Of a stretch of DNA of 64,000 nt, positions 64,000 to 64,000 are shown piece by piece (within the stretch, counting starts at the first letter, position 1; the number at the start of each line of letters is the position of its first letter). The stretch spans positions 1-64,000 of the IMG/VR virus record IMGVR_UViG_3300025137_000023. One strand, given 5' to 3'. The notes beneath the pieces were generated by a model. The model had not been told where the DNA came from and searched no databases. It saw only the letters and a program-made list of their open reading frames with translations. A program made the translations under genes and the position numbers. The stretch is from a virus.

Positions 64000-64000
64000 T

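Noticed and set aside
1-64000. CRISPR array, DGR/retron reverse transcriptase, integrase, transposase, introns or inteins
   Set aside because: No spaced direct repeats or RT/recombinase motifs were seen; PolB, ClpA and PhoH are uninterrupted.
1-64000. Stop-codon reassignment
   Set aside because: Conserved genes are full length in code 11, end in TAA, TAG or TGA, and no suppressor anticodon is present.
1-64000. Bacterial chromosome origin suggested by clpA, prs, infA and def
   Set aside because: T4-like PolB, clamp and loader, tail and lysis genes, late promoter motifs and dense small ORFs indicate a phage carrying auxiliary genes.

Overview
This is a 64 kb segment of a large, AT-rich, T4-superfamily-like lytic myophage genome. 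Most genes lie on the minus strand and the genetic code is standard. The host is Gram-negative (spanins, GH108 endolysin) and is probably a marine proteobacterium; this is inferred from PhoH, a PiT-like transporter, SufT/IscA and zf-CHCC. Contents: (1) PolB and a sliding clamp followed by a 7-deazaguanine DNA-modification cluster (TGT/DpdA-like, Gfo/Idh/MocA and MDR oxidoreductases, a non-canonical QueD-like protein, a GT-B glycosyltransferase, HIT, FolE); (2) about 12 kb of late, modular, probable internal-head proteins; (3) a ClpA/Def/DnaJ proteostasis block; (4) a lysis cassette; (5) PhoH and a PiT-like transporter; (6) small early genes and a ParB-like + HNH pair; (7) clamp loader, GroES, a DnaE fragment, RpiB, an amidinotransferase, an ATE/Bpt-like protein, MazG and Prs; (8) tail/baseplate proteins; (9) HtrA, IscA, SufT, IF-1, a radical SAM enzyme and three tRNAs. 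The most striking hidden signal is compositional. By eye, GCWGC is absent, and AGCT, GCGC and CGCG occur only where they overlap GA or GGC, the two motifs known to carry preQ0 in phage CAjan. This suggests that a sequence-specific, possibly glycosylated deazaguanine shields restriction sites. All assignments come from manual motif reading, not database searches, and the motif counts are not computed.
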